This document shows positions 55,001 through 62,647 of a DNA stretch of 64,000 bases, piece by piece. The position numbers were made by a program, and so were the translations under genes. Source of the DNA: Octopus sinensis (Eukaryota); assembly GCF_006345805.1 (NCBI RefSeq), contig NC_042997.1, positions 114,576,001-114,640,000 of the forward strand, given 5' to 3'. Each line of letters starts with the position of its first letter. Positions within the stretch are counted from its first letter, which is position 1. Below the pieces are notes generated by a model. It searched no databases. It was not told the DNA's origin and saw only the letters and a program-made list of their open reading frames with translations.

Positions 55001-56973
55001 AAAGATTTGAGCGAAGTTGTTGCCAGTACTGCTTGACTGGCCCCCGTGCCGGTGGTATGTAAAAAGCACCCACTACACTCTCGGAGTGGTTGGCGTTAGG
55101 AAGGGCATCCAGCTGTAGAAACTCTACCAGATCAAGATTGGAGACTGGTGCGGCCATCTGGTTCGCCAGCTCTCAGTCAAAATCATCCAACCCATGCTAG
55201 CATGGCAAGCGGACGTTAAATGATGATGATGATGCTAGTGATGACAAAGCACATGGAGAAGATTCATTTCCCACTAATTCATTTATCACTGAGTTTCTTT
55301 TGGAACCAGACCAAAACAGACAACTGGAGCCTGGTACAACTCTCCAACTTGCCAGCTCCTGTCAAACCATAAAACCCATGCCAGCATGGAAAACAGACTT
55401 TTACTCATGATGATGAAACCAAACCAAATCCAAGATATATGTTCTGTATTATTTCATTTAGTCAATACAGTTCTATATTTAAGAGATGAGGAATTATTTT
55501 CTTTATTTACATTTGACAGATATTTGTCCTCATCTTGTTTGTTGTTAACACAACTTTTCGGCTGATATACCCTCCAGCCTTCATCAGATGTTTGGGTAAA
55601 TTTCGAACCTGGGTTCTCATTCCTAAGGTATTTTCTGTCGTCGTCGCCGCCGCCGCATGCCCATGGGCATATGGCGTAGTGGTTAAGAGCATGGCCTACT
55701 AACCCCAAGATTCCGAGTTTGATTCCAGGCAGTGACCTGAATAATAATAATAATAATAATAACTTCGAAAAACACCTTAGGGATGAGAACCCAGGTTCAA
55801 AGTTTCCCCAAGACACCTGATGAAGGCTGGGGGGTATATTAGCCGAAGCATTGTGTTAACAACAAACAAGATGAGGACAAATGTCCGTCAAATGTAAATA
55901 AATAATGTTCATTTAGTCAGTCAATTACAGTTAGTTTGTCTGTCATTGTTGATGACGACCACGGACATCACATGGGAGATGAAGATGGGGCTTGGTGTGT
56001 CCGGTTGTGACCAATCAGTCCAATGCATGCTTGGAAGGCTCTGCCACAGATCAGATACTGGTGGTCTGTCAGGACTGAAGGCAAGGAGTTGGCTCTGGTC
56101 TTGATTAGTTCACATTTTCTTTGTGCCCCTGCAATCTCTTCGTAGCAGGTGGCCCCTCTGTGGCTGCAACCATGCCAATTAAGGTGGTCTTGTGCTTGCA
56201 TTATTTTATTTATAAGCTCTTTCATAGTCAAATACTGTTACCACATTATATACTATAGTGTAGACACTCAAATGAGTTAAACATTAATTACTATATTCTG
56301 TTATTTTTATTTATGTCAAAGGCAGTGAGTTACCAGAACTGTAAGATCATTGGACCAAATGCTCAGTATCATTTCTTCTGACCCTTTACAGGAATCCCTC
56401 AATTATCGCAGGTGTTACATGCCAACCACCCTCCCCCCCCCCGGTGATAGGGGAAAATCTATAAAGTAGAAATAGTACTGTACTGTATAACTTTTTATAT
56501 AGTTTGTATATATTTATTTTATTATAAATGCAAAACAACACAATGGAGGAATCAGCATAAGCTTAAATAATAAACCGTGATAGGTGAACAGTGACAGGTG
56601 AACCACGATAGATGAACCACAATAGGTGAACTGCAACAGGTGAACCATGATAGGTGAACAGTGATAGGTCAACCACGATAGGTGAACCGCGATAGGTGAA
56701 CTGTGATAGGTGAACCACAATAGGTGAACCATGATAGGTGAACTGTGGCAGGTAAACCATGATAGGTGAAATGCAATAGGTGAACCATGATATGGCAAGG
56801 GATTACTGTACATTCTGAGCTCAAATCTCACTGTGGTAGACTTTGCCTTTCATCCTTTTGGAGTTGATAAAATCAAAACCAGTTGAGCACTGGGGTCAGT
56901 GTAATCAACTAGCTCCCTCCTCTACAAAAATTTCAGGCCTTGTAGAAAGGATTATTATTATTACTATTACTAC

Positions 56974-57033
<60 letters not shown>

Positions 57034-57487
57034 TTTAACGTCCGCTTTCCATGCTAGCATGGGTTGGATGAATGACTGAGGGCTGGCGAACCAGATGGCT
57101 GCACCAGGCTTCAATCTTGATCTGGCAGAGTTTCTACAGCTGGATGCCCTTCCTAATGCCAACCACTCCGAGAGTGTAGTGGGTGCTTTTACATGCCACC
57201 GGCATGGAGCCAGTCAGGCAGTACTGGCAACAACCTCACTCAAATCTTTTACACATACCACTGGCACAGGTGCCAGTAAGGAGATGCTGGTAACAATTGC
57301 GCTTGAATGGTGTCTTACGTGCCACCAGCACGGAGGCCAGATAGCCGCTCTGGCAACAATCACACTCGGATGGTGCTCTTAATACTCTACTAGCACGGGG
57401 CACAAGTGCCAGTAAGGCAACGCTGGTAATGATCACGCTCGAATGGTGCCTTTTAAGTGCCACTGGCACGGAAGCCTATTATTATTA

Positions 57488-57532
<45 letters not shown>

Positions 57533-58022
57533 TATTATTATTATATATTATTATTATTATATTATTCATTTAACGTCCGCTTTCCATGCTAGCATGGGTT
57601 GGATGAATGACTGAGGGCTGGCGAACCAGATGGCTGCACCAGGCTTCAATCTTGATCTGGCAGAGTTTCTACAGCTGGATGCCCTTCCTAATGCCAACCA
57701 CTCCGAGAGTGTAGTGGGTGCTTTTACATGCCACCGGCATGGAGCCAGTCAGGCAGTACTGGCAACAACCTCACTCAAATCTTTTACACATACCACTGGC
57801 ACAGGTGCCAGTAAGGAGATGCTGGTAACAATTGCGCTTGAATGGTGTCTTACGTGCCACCAGCACGGAGGCCAGATAGCCGCTCTGGCAACAATCACAC
57901 TCGGATGGTGCTCTTAATACTCTACTAGCACGGGGCACAAGTGCCAGTAAGGCAACGCTGGTAATGATCACGCTCGAATGGTGCCTTTTAAGTGCCACTG
58001 GCACGGAAGCCTATTATTATTA

Positions 58023-58080
<58 letters not shown>

Positions 58081-59266
58081 GAAGGTAGTGATCTAGGAGC
58101 ATCATTTGTGTGGCAGCAATTCTTTTGACTCTGTACATTCTGAGCTCAAATTCCATGAATGGATCAACATTGCCTTTCATTCTTTTAGTGTCAAGAAAAT
58201 AAGGACAGTAAGCTGGCAGAATTGTTAGTGTGCCGGGCGAAATGCTTAGTGGTATTTCATCTGTCTTTATGTTCTGAATTCAAATTCCGCCGAGGTCAAC
58301 TTTACCTTTCATCCTTTCAGGGTCGATAAATTAAGTACCAGTGATGCACTGGGGTCAATGTAATCAACTTAATCCATTTCTCTGTACTTGTTTGCCCTCT
58401 CTGTGTTTAACCCCTTGTGAGTAGTAAAGAAATAGGTATTTCATCTGTCTTTATGTTCTGAGTTCAAATTCCATCGAGGTTGATTTTGCCTTTCATCCTT
58501 TCGGGGTCAATAAATTAAGTACCAGTTGCATACTGGGGTTGATCTAATCAACTGGCTCCCTCCTCAAAACTTTTAGGCCTTGTGCCTAGAGTAGAAAAGA
58601 AAATAAGTACTGGAGGTGATGTCATTTGTGTGTGTGTGTGTGTGTGTGTGCGTGTGTGCATACGTGCATGCGCGTGTGTGTTTGTGTGTGTGTGTGTGTA
58701 TGCACTAAACATTGAAATTTGTTGTGCAACTTATAAAAATGATGAAAACTGATATTTATTCTTTGTTATTCTGTAAATAACATGTTTTTCTTTATTTACA
58801 TATACATATATATTTATACATATTTCAGATAACTCGAATAATATCAGGTACTCTCAACAGCAACAACAACAACAATCCAACTACAACCCTTATGGATTCT
58901 ATGGAGATCCTTATCTGATGTACAACCCACACTATTTCAACAGTGACCCCTATGCACCAAGTGTGAACAACATGTATGACAGTTGGTCATCTGGGATGTC
59001 TTATCCTTTAACTTTTGGTAAGTAGAATAAATTTCTTTCATCACTGTCTCAGCAAATGGAGGGAGAAAGTTTAGTAAGACTGAACATGGCTGTGTGGTAA
59101 GAAGTTTGCTTCCTGACCACATGGTTCTGTGTTCAGTCTCACTGCATGGCACCTTGGGCAAGTGTCTTCTACTATAGCCTCAAGCCAACCAAAGCCTTGG
59201 GAATGGATTTGGTAGATAGAAACTGGAAGTAACCCATTGTATATATATATGTGTGTGTGTGCATGT

Positions 59267-59300
<34 letters not shown>

Positions 59301-59449
59301 ACATGATGGGCTTCTTTTAGTTTCTGTCTACCAAGCCCTCACATCAACACTGGTTGTTGGGCTCACCAAAGCATTGCAAGTTAATTTGATAGACGAAAAT
59401 ATCTGTCTGTCTGTCTATTTATCTCTCTATCTATCTCTCTATCTCTATT

Positions 59450-59491
<42 letters not shown>

Positions 59492-62372
59492 CACATAATG
59501 TAACCTTCCTTTTCTAAGTTTCTCAAAACATCTGTATCATGATATGTGATTCTTAATTATTCAAGAAGCTTAGAATTTCTCTTGGAAGTTTCTAGAATGT
59601 CTAACATTCCATTAATAAAAACAGCTTGCTAACCCAGCTCTTCACTTCTTAGTCAATTAGACTTAGAGCCATTCTCGTCATTGCTATGTCCATCTATTTC
59701 TCTATGCCACATGTCTGAAAGCCACCACTTAGCTGTTGTTTTACATTTGCTATCTCTGAACCTTCTTGCATAGATTACTTCATTCAACTAGATTCTACAT
59801 TTTGATTCTATGTATCATCATCGACCAGTAAATAAAATATATTTTCATGTAGTAAATATATAGATCGTGAAATTATTCTTCATCTCTTTACGAACTATTG
59901 TAATAACATACACGCAGCCACATCAACACCTTGTACTGACTATATATTCCCACTACACATGCATACAGACATACATCATCATCATCATCGTTTAACGTCT
60001 GTTTTCCGTGCTGACATGGGTTGGACGGTTCGTCTGGGGGCTGGGAAGCCAGGGGGCTGCACCAGCCTCCAGTCTGATCTGGCAGTGTTTCTACAGCTGG
60101 ATGCCCTTCCTAATGCCAACTACTCCGAGAGTGTAGTGGGTGCTTTTTTACATGCCACCAGCACAGGGGCCAGAGGGGGCTGGCATCGACTACAATCAGA
60201 TGGTACTTTTTAGGTGCCACCAGCACAGGAGCCAGTCAAGGCAGCACTGGCATCAACACATTCGGATGGTGCTTTCTACCTGCCACCGGCATGGGGATCA
60301 CAACTACAATTTCCATTTGATTTTGATGTACTTGACTCAATAGGTCTCCTCAAGCACAGTATGTCGCCCTACGATCCAAGGTACATTTGAGTGGGCTGGT
60401 TATGTGACACTGGTGTAGGTTACAGCTGTGGACTCACTTTATTTGCCAAGTCTTCTCAGCCACAGCATATCTCCAGAGGTCCCTGTCATTTATCATTGCC
60501 TCTGTGAGGTCCAATGTCTGAAGGTCATGCTTCACCACCTCATCCTATGTCTTCCTGGGTCTCCCTCTATCCCAGATTCCTTCAACTGTTTGGGAGTGGC
60601 ACATCTTCACACAGCTCTCCTCTTCCATCCGTAGTATATGACCATACTAGCGCAAACGTCTCTCTTGCATGCCACATCCAATGTTTCTTATGTCCAACAT
60701 TTCTCTCAGGGCACTTACACTCTGTCGTGACCAATACTCAGCTACCTGGAACGCACTGATTATCACTTGTGTTTACATCACTGCAATGCAAGGCTGCATA
60801 TTTTTTGTACAGGTCTATGTACACATAGTTCGGTCAGATGGTGGGGGCATGCACCCTTGCAGTGTGTTGCTGCATTCACTATTCATTAGTATATTCCCTT
60901 ACACTTGCCTCCTTATGAGAGCTCAAAATCTCTCGTGGAAGCGTCATCCAACTAAAGTACAAATATATGGGAAACTACCACCTGTATCATCTCTTGTGAA
61001 AGGTAGAAAAGTCCAGTTTGCTGGACATTGTTGAGAGCTGAAAACGAGGTAATTTCTACTCTTCTCCTCTGGAAGCCATCTGCTCGCAATACCAGAGGGC
61101 GCACATTCTCCTACCCTGATGTAATCTCCAGCGATACAGGTATCCAGCAACAGGACCTCCGTAATGCTACGATGGACCATATAGTCTGGCATAACAGTAA
61201 ATTCCATTGTCTCAACCACGGTCAAACAATGATGATGATGAGTATATTCCCAGGTCCTCCCAGGTGACCCGTCAAGCAGAGTCATATTTAGTCCTCACCT
61301 CTCTGAAAAACCTCATCCTGCATGACCGTGTGTCATGTGGTCAACCAACATGGGCTGTCAACCCAGCTAGATTCTCAGTAAAGCGAATATGATGAGCAAG
61401 GTCTAAATTAGAAAATCAAGCAACACAACCAAGTAATCTGAGCTAAGCTCCTGAATCAGTAACTGGGATGCATCCTTTAACAGAATCCATCCCAGTTTCA
61501 GAGGAAAGTTTGTTGGTTAAATACAGAATATTTTTCACTGTTATATTTTTATTATTTATTGATCATAGGTGCAGGAGTGGCTGTGTGGTAAGTAGCTTGC
61601 TTACCAACCACATGGTTCCGGGTTCAGTCCCACTACGTGGCACCTTGGGCAAGTGTCTTCTACTATAGCCTCGGGCCGACAAAAGCCTTGTGAGTGGATT
61701 TGGTAGACAGAAACTGAAAAAAGCCCGTTGTATATATGTATATATATATATGTATGTGTGTGTATATGTTTGTGTGTCTGTGTTTGTCCCTCCAACATCG
61801 CTTGACAACCAATGCTGATGTGTTTACGTCCCCGTAACTTAGCGGTTCAGCAAAAAAGACTGATAGAATAAGTACTAGGCTTACAAAGAATAAGTCCTGG
61901 GGTCGATTTGCTCGACTAAAGGTGGTGCTCCAGCATGGCCACAGTCACATGACTTAAACAAGTAAGAGAGTAAAAGAGTATCATGTTATTAAATTTTACT
62001 CTAAACATTATACCAACCATAAAACAATATCATTGTGTGTACTTCGAGTCTTTTTGGACATGTTATTTGGGTATGTTAGGGGTAGAACTTGAGGTCTTTT
62101 CGGAAGCAAATACTTGTGATAAATGAGGACAGATGTACGAATCTTGTGTTTTTATCATGTTCAGTTATAATATAATTGTAATCCAACATTTTTTTTTTTC
62201 ATTTCAGTGCCTGGTACCATTTATCCCAACATCGATCGACCATATTCTAATCAACATCAAGACCAGTGGCCTGTTCCAAGCAAGAATTTCGATGCTGCTT
62301 CCCAAGATGATAAAAAACCAATTCCTCTCGTCCAACAGAATTCTACAACACCCAATACTCCTAATCCTCCGC
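16700..62372 (+). CDS. Gene P: multi-exon proline-rich repeat protein, 5'- and 3'-incomplete (join 16700-16762, 20491-20547, 23077-24342, 29312-29398, 33012-33089, 36495-36808, 53073-53205, 58829-59017, 62208-62372)
   Basis: Nine exons (2352 nt, 784 codons) with canonical GT-AG sites splice into one stop-free frame. All junctions are phase 1 except 36808/53073 (phase 0). No ATG exon was found. Confidence 0.75.
16800..17315. mobile_element. Two RTE 3'UTR fragments, head-to-head
   Basis: Minus copy about 16800-17050 and plus copy about 17055-17315, each ending in (GAT)n. Confidence 0.7.
18268..18305 (+). ncRNA. Minimal hammerhead-like motif with A6 mutated
   Basis: TCTTT-CTGTTGA-A-GAGC gtag GCTC-GAAA-CG-T-T-AAAGA. 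It lies downstream of an AC-rich tandem duplication (about 17865-18110). Confidence 0.55.
19004..19877. repeat. 582-bp unit in 1.5 tandem copies, bounded by (AAT)n
   Basis: The start ccctgatgcagtaccagg occurs at 19005 and 19587. The second copy is truncated near 19877. Confidence 0.85.
20020..20395. repeat. Compound (ATC/ATT/CTC)n trinucleotide tract
   Basis: Degenerate triplet run that produces low-complexity ORFs on both strands. Confidence 0.9.
20491..20547 (+). CDS. Gene P candidate exon, 57 nt ([19 protein letters not shown])
   Basis: Acceptor tttgatattttcttccag, donor A|gtaaga. Symmetric phase 1, with a second C-x4-C. Confidence 0.6.
20700..21500 (+). mobile_element. Probable Helitron/HINE-like element with a nested mariner 3' fragment (21036-21469)
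   Basis: Starts TACTAGCAGTATCACCTGGCGTTGCTTGGG. The insert encodes HHDNAS...[17 protein letters not shown]...RWKEVI, with tgtta at both junctions and an (AC)n tail after it. Confidence 0.55.
21876..21978. repeat. About 100-bp hairpin / mini-MITE
   Basis: Arms ggttgtatactgtcaatctaacatgaacgtgacagtag / ctactgtcacattcatgttatattgacagtatacaacc. Confidence 0.75.
23077..24342 (+). CDS. Gene P repeat exon, 1266 nt: about 80 PP[G/V][N/D/I][S/F/Y/T] pentapeptides
   Basis: Lies within ORF 22983-24356. Acceptor tttctcatttctacag, donor G|gtaatg. The 15-nt repeat keeps frame throughout. Confidence 0.9.
24490..25115 (+). mobile_element. RTE 3'UTR with expanded internal tandem array (about 65-70 bp units, about 7 copies)
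   Basis: Repeated gtggcac(a/g)taaaaagcacc units precede the conserved ...ccaacccgtgccag...gatgatga end. Confidence 0.8.
25311..25903 (+). mobile_element. 5'-truncated CR1-type LINE
   Basis: [16 protein letters not shown]...[33 protein letters not shown] plus 3'UTR and (ATT)n. Same family as 48440-52570. Confidence 0.88.
26810..27300 (+). mobile_element. RTE 3'UTR copy
   Basis: About five internal units plus the conserved terminus. Confidence 0.8.
27300..27712. repeat. (TA)n/(TACA) microsatellite tract
   Basis: Near-pure AT dinucleotide run. Confidence 0.95.
27740..27998 (-). mobile_element. tRNA-derived SINE (third body type)
   Basis: A box tggcctagtggttag and B box ggtttcgattccc. A related tail occurs at 38530-38790. 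Confidence 0.75.
28395..30112 (-). mobile_element. Cluster of major-family SINE copies and fragments flanking gene P exon 29312-29398
   Basis: Reverse-strand matches at about 28395-28560, 28640-29065 and 29720-30112. Confidence 0.7.
29312..29398 (+). CDS. Gene P exon, 87 nt ([29 protein letters not shown])
   Basis: Acceptor tcttctaatttccacag, donor G|gtaata. Ends resemble those of exon 23077-24342. Confidence 0.88.
31615..31890. repeat. 15-bp minisatellite (ccacatctcattgag, about 18 copies)
   Basis: Direct tandem inspection. Confidence 0.9.
32088..32245 (-). mobile_element. Degenerate copy of the tRNA-head/hammerhead element
   Basis: Reverse complement of ggcagtgacctgaataac...gagaacccagg...CTGAAGA cagctggagggtataacagcc AAAA cgttgtgtt. 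Confidence 0.7.
33012..33089 (+). CDS. Gene P exon, 78 nt ([26 protein letters not shown])
   Basis: Acceptor ttcttctaatttctacag, donor G|gtaatg. Confidence 0.88.
33220..33640 (+). mobile_element. Major tRNA-derived SINE
   Basis: Head, central (TG)n and tail are collinear with 61572-61980. Confidence 0.8.
36495..36808 (+). CDS. Gene P exon, 314 nt ([11 protein letters not shown]...[15 protein letters not shown]...KKLFGFLNK)
   Basis: Within ORF 36476-36874. Acceptor ttctgcttataacag, donor AAG|gtgaat, phase 1 to 0. Confidence 0.85.
36924..37182 (+). mobile_element. Composite element: short inverted 3' end, tRNA-like head, (AAT)n, hammerhead-bearing tail
   Basis: Flanked by a 12-bp direct repeat, tttgtgctttga (36912-36923) / tttatgctttga (37183-37194). 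It splits a second-family SINE. Confidence 0.8.
37091..37136 (+). ncRNA. Minimal type I hammerhead motif
   Basis: GATAC-CTGATGA-A-GGCTG gagggtatat CAGCT-GAAA-CG-T-T-GTGTT, with an extra A after A9, AACGTT palindrome and GUU site. Confidence 0.7.
38081..38297. mobile_element. Tc1/mariner-type MITE
   Basis: TIRs cagggtgtggcagaagtaacaccct / agggcattacttctgctgcaccctg. Confidence 0.75.
38855..38932 (-). ncRNA. Degenerate hammerhead-like motif downstream of the PLE ORF
   Basis: AACT-CTGATGA-GCATAAGG[long loop]CCTTGCGC-GAAA-CTGA-T-T-GGT. Same strand as, and about 650 bp 3' of, the PLE remnant. Confidence 0.5.
39590..40442 (-). pseudogene. Penelope-like element remnant (RT C-terminus plus GIY-YIG)
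   Basis: [10 protein letters not shown]...[14 protein letters not shown]...[19 protein letters not shown]...[22 protein letters not shown]...[16 protein letters not shown]...[21 protein letters not shown]...CPH. Contains frameshifts and stops. Confidence 0.9.
40452..40700 (+). mobile_element. tRNA-derived SINE
   Basis: Degenerate A and B boxes, and shares gtgttcttgagcaaaacacttcat with 10815-11075. Confidence 0.65.
40893..41286. mobile_element. Fold-back element with degenerate hammerhead motifs
   Basis: The left arm on the minus strand reads CTGAAGA-ATCTAC taga GTAGAT-GAAA-GTGC-T-A. The right arm has a mutated core. A partial extra copy lies at about 41400-41475. Confidence 0.65.
41290..43897. 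repeat. About 2.6-kb degenerate (TA)n tract
   Basis: Almost only A/T, with interspersed C. Confidence 0.95.
43897..44570 (+). mobile_element. 5'-truncated CR1/L2-group LINE (second family) with (ATCA)n tail
   Basis: [13 protein letters not shown]...[12 protein letters not shown]...[22 protein letters not shown]...GPQLFNILP...RAAASNSL. Confidence 0.85.
44571..46939. repeat. About 2.4-kb degenerate (TA)n tract
   Basis: Same composition as the tract at 41290-43897. Confidence 0.95.
47656..48275 (+). mobile_element. 5'-truncated RTE-clade LINE ending in three C2H2-like fingers, (TAA)n tail
   Basis: [14 protein letters not shown]...TWEGIAID...VHEGTATFE, then CNVC...[35 protein letters not shown] and [18 protein letters not shown]. 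Frameshifted. Confidence 0.85.
48510..51300 (-). pseudogene. LINE ORF2 (APE endonuclease plus reverse transcriptase)
   Basis: Frameshifts near 51000, 50270 and 48705, and a TAG at 50828-50826. Confidence 0.92.
51293..52543 (-). pseudogene. LINE ORF1: PHD-like finger, poly-Gln tract, coiled coil, RRM-like region
   Basis: One frame of 417 codons with two internal stops (TGA 52369-52367, TAG 52144-52142): CHIC...WVECGTC...V*LQC...FQCQAC, a Q-rich tract, then VIAIGVPE...[16 protein letters not shown]. Confidence 0.8.
53073..53205 (+). CDS. Gene P exon, 133 nt ([44 protein letters not shown])
   Basis: Acceptor ccttttttttttatag, donor G|gtaagt. Phase 0 to 1, matching both neighbours. Confidence 0.8.
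53235..53632 (+). mobile_element. Major tRNA-derived SINE
   Basis: Collinear with 61572-61980. Begins about 30 nt after the donor of exon 53073-53205. Confidence 0.8.
53831..54089. mobile_element. hAT-type MITE
   Basis: Ends cagtggttct / agaaccacag, with a perfect 8-bp TSD ATTTACAT (53823-53830, 54090-54097). Confidence 0.85.
54116..54585. mobile_element. Two tandem piggyBac-type MITEs (54116-54336, 54368-54585)
   Basis: Each reads TTAA|CCCTTT...AAAGGG|TTAA, and the two copies are homologous. Confidence 0.85.
54630..54770 (+). pseudogene. pogo/Tigger transposase N-terminal HTH fragment
   Basis: [37 protein letters not shown] resembles the Tigger LQEKVELL...INESSVRTI motif. Confidence 0.6.
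54770..55235 (+). mobile_element. RTE 3'UTR copy
   Basis: Internal unit array plus (GAT)n terminus. Confidence 0.8.
55465..55907. mobile_element. Head-to-head pair of the tRNA-head/hammerhead element with 12-bp TSD
   Basis: Minus copy 55468-55635 (no tRNA head) and plus copy 55665-55907 (A box tggcgtagtgg, B box gagtttgattcc). TTCATTTAGTCA occurs at 55453-55464 and 55908-55919. Confidence 0.85.
55940..56235 (-). mobile_element. RTE/BovB-like LINE 3' fragment
   Basis: GATCYEE...[20 protein letters not shown] followed by gtcgtcatcaacaatgacagac. Confidence 0.75.
56574..56790. repeat. 14-bp minisatellite (ccacgataggtgaa, about 15 copies)
   Basis: Direct tandem inspection. Confidence 0.9.
57031..58012 (-). 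repeat. 535-bp-period tandem duplication of an RTE 3'UTR copy, bounded by (ATT)n
   Basis: The ORF track is identical at offset 535 (57095/57630 and 57236/57771). Confidence 0.9.
58829..59017 (+). CDS. Gene P exon, 189 nt ([10 protein letters not shown]7[47 protein letters not shown])
   Basis: Acceptor catatttcag, donor G|gtaagt. Open and symmetric phase 1. Confidence 0.82.
59975..60890 (-). mobile_element. 5'-truncated RTE LINE (ORF2 end plus full 3'UTR)
   Basis: [22 protein letters not shown]...[14 protein letters not shown]...[13 protein letters not shown], then the unit array and (GAT)n tail seen in many other copies in the window. Confidence 0.88.
60895..61240 (+). mobile_element. RTE/RTE-X-like LINE 3' fragment
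   Basis: [15 protein letters not shown]...IYGKLPPVS...QFAGHC*R...LLLWKP...[12 protein letters not shown], with a (GAT)n tail. Confidence 0.75.
61572..61980 (+). mobile_element. Major tRNA-derived SINE, intact reference copy
   Basis: A box tggctgtgtgg, B box gggttcagtccc, central TA/TG microsatellite, tail ...gagtaaaagag. Confidence 0.88.
62208..62372 (+). CDS. Gene P exon, 165 nt ([26 protein letters not shown]...PNTPNPP)
   Basis: Acceptor ttttttttttcatttcag, donor C|gtaagt. The gene continues beyond the window. Confidence 0.82.
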
Positions 62373-62647
62373 GTAAGTTAAAAACTACCATTCTACTTTG
62401 TCTAGCTGAAAATAAAATGTACTTTTTTTGTTAATCAACAGTAGGACTTTCTGGCTAGTATAAGCATATTAGATTGACAATAATTACTTTTCTTCTCGAT
62501 ATGATTAACATTAAAAAATTATTCTCAATTTATCACATTAAATATGGAAGCCCATATGTAACTATATGTTTTTTTATACTTTACATTAATTATGGTAGCC
62601 CATATGTGACTATATGTTTTTTCTATATAGTAACCCTTTAACATATA

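Noticed and set aside
55665-55735. tRNA gene calls for A/B-box sequences here and at other SINE heads
   Set aside because: There is no complete cloverleaf or acceptor stem, and they run straight into SINE bodies.
56392-56443. Extra gene P exon ([17 protein letters not shown])
   Set aside because: It is 52 nt (frame-breaking unless the C-run is mis-called), has a weak donor (gtgata), and overlaps a degenerate SINE/TIR-like sequence.
58829-59017. Reflectin gene assignment
   Set aside because: The reflectin repeat motif is absent; the similarity is compositional only.
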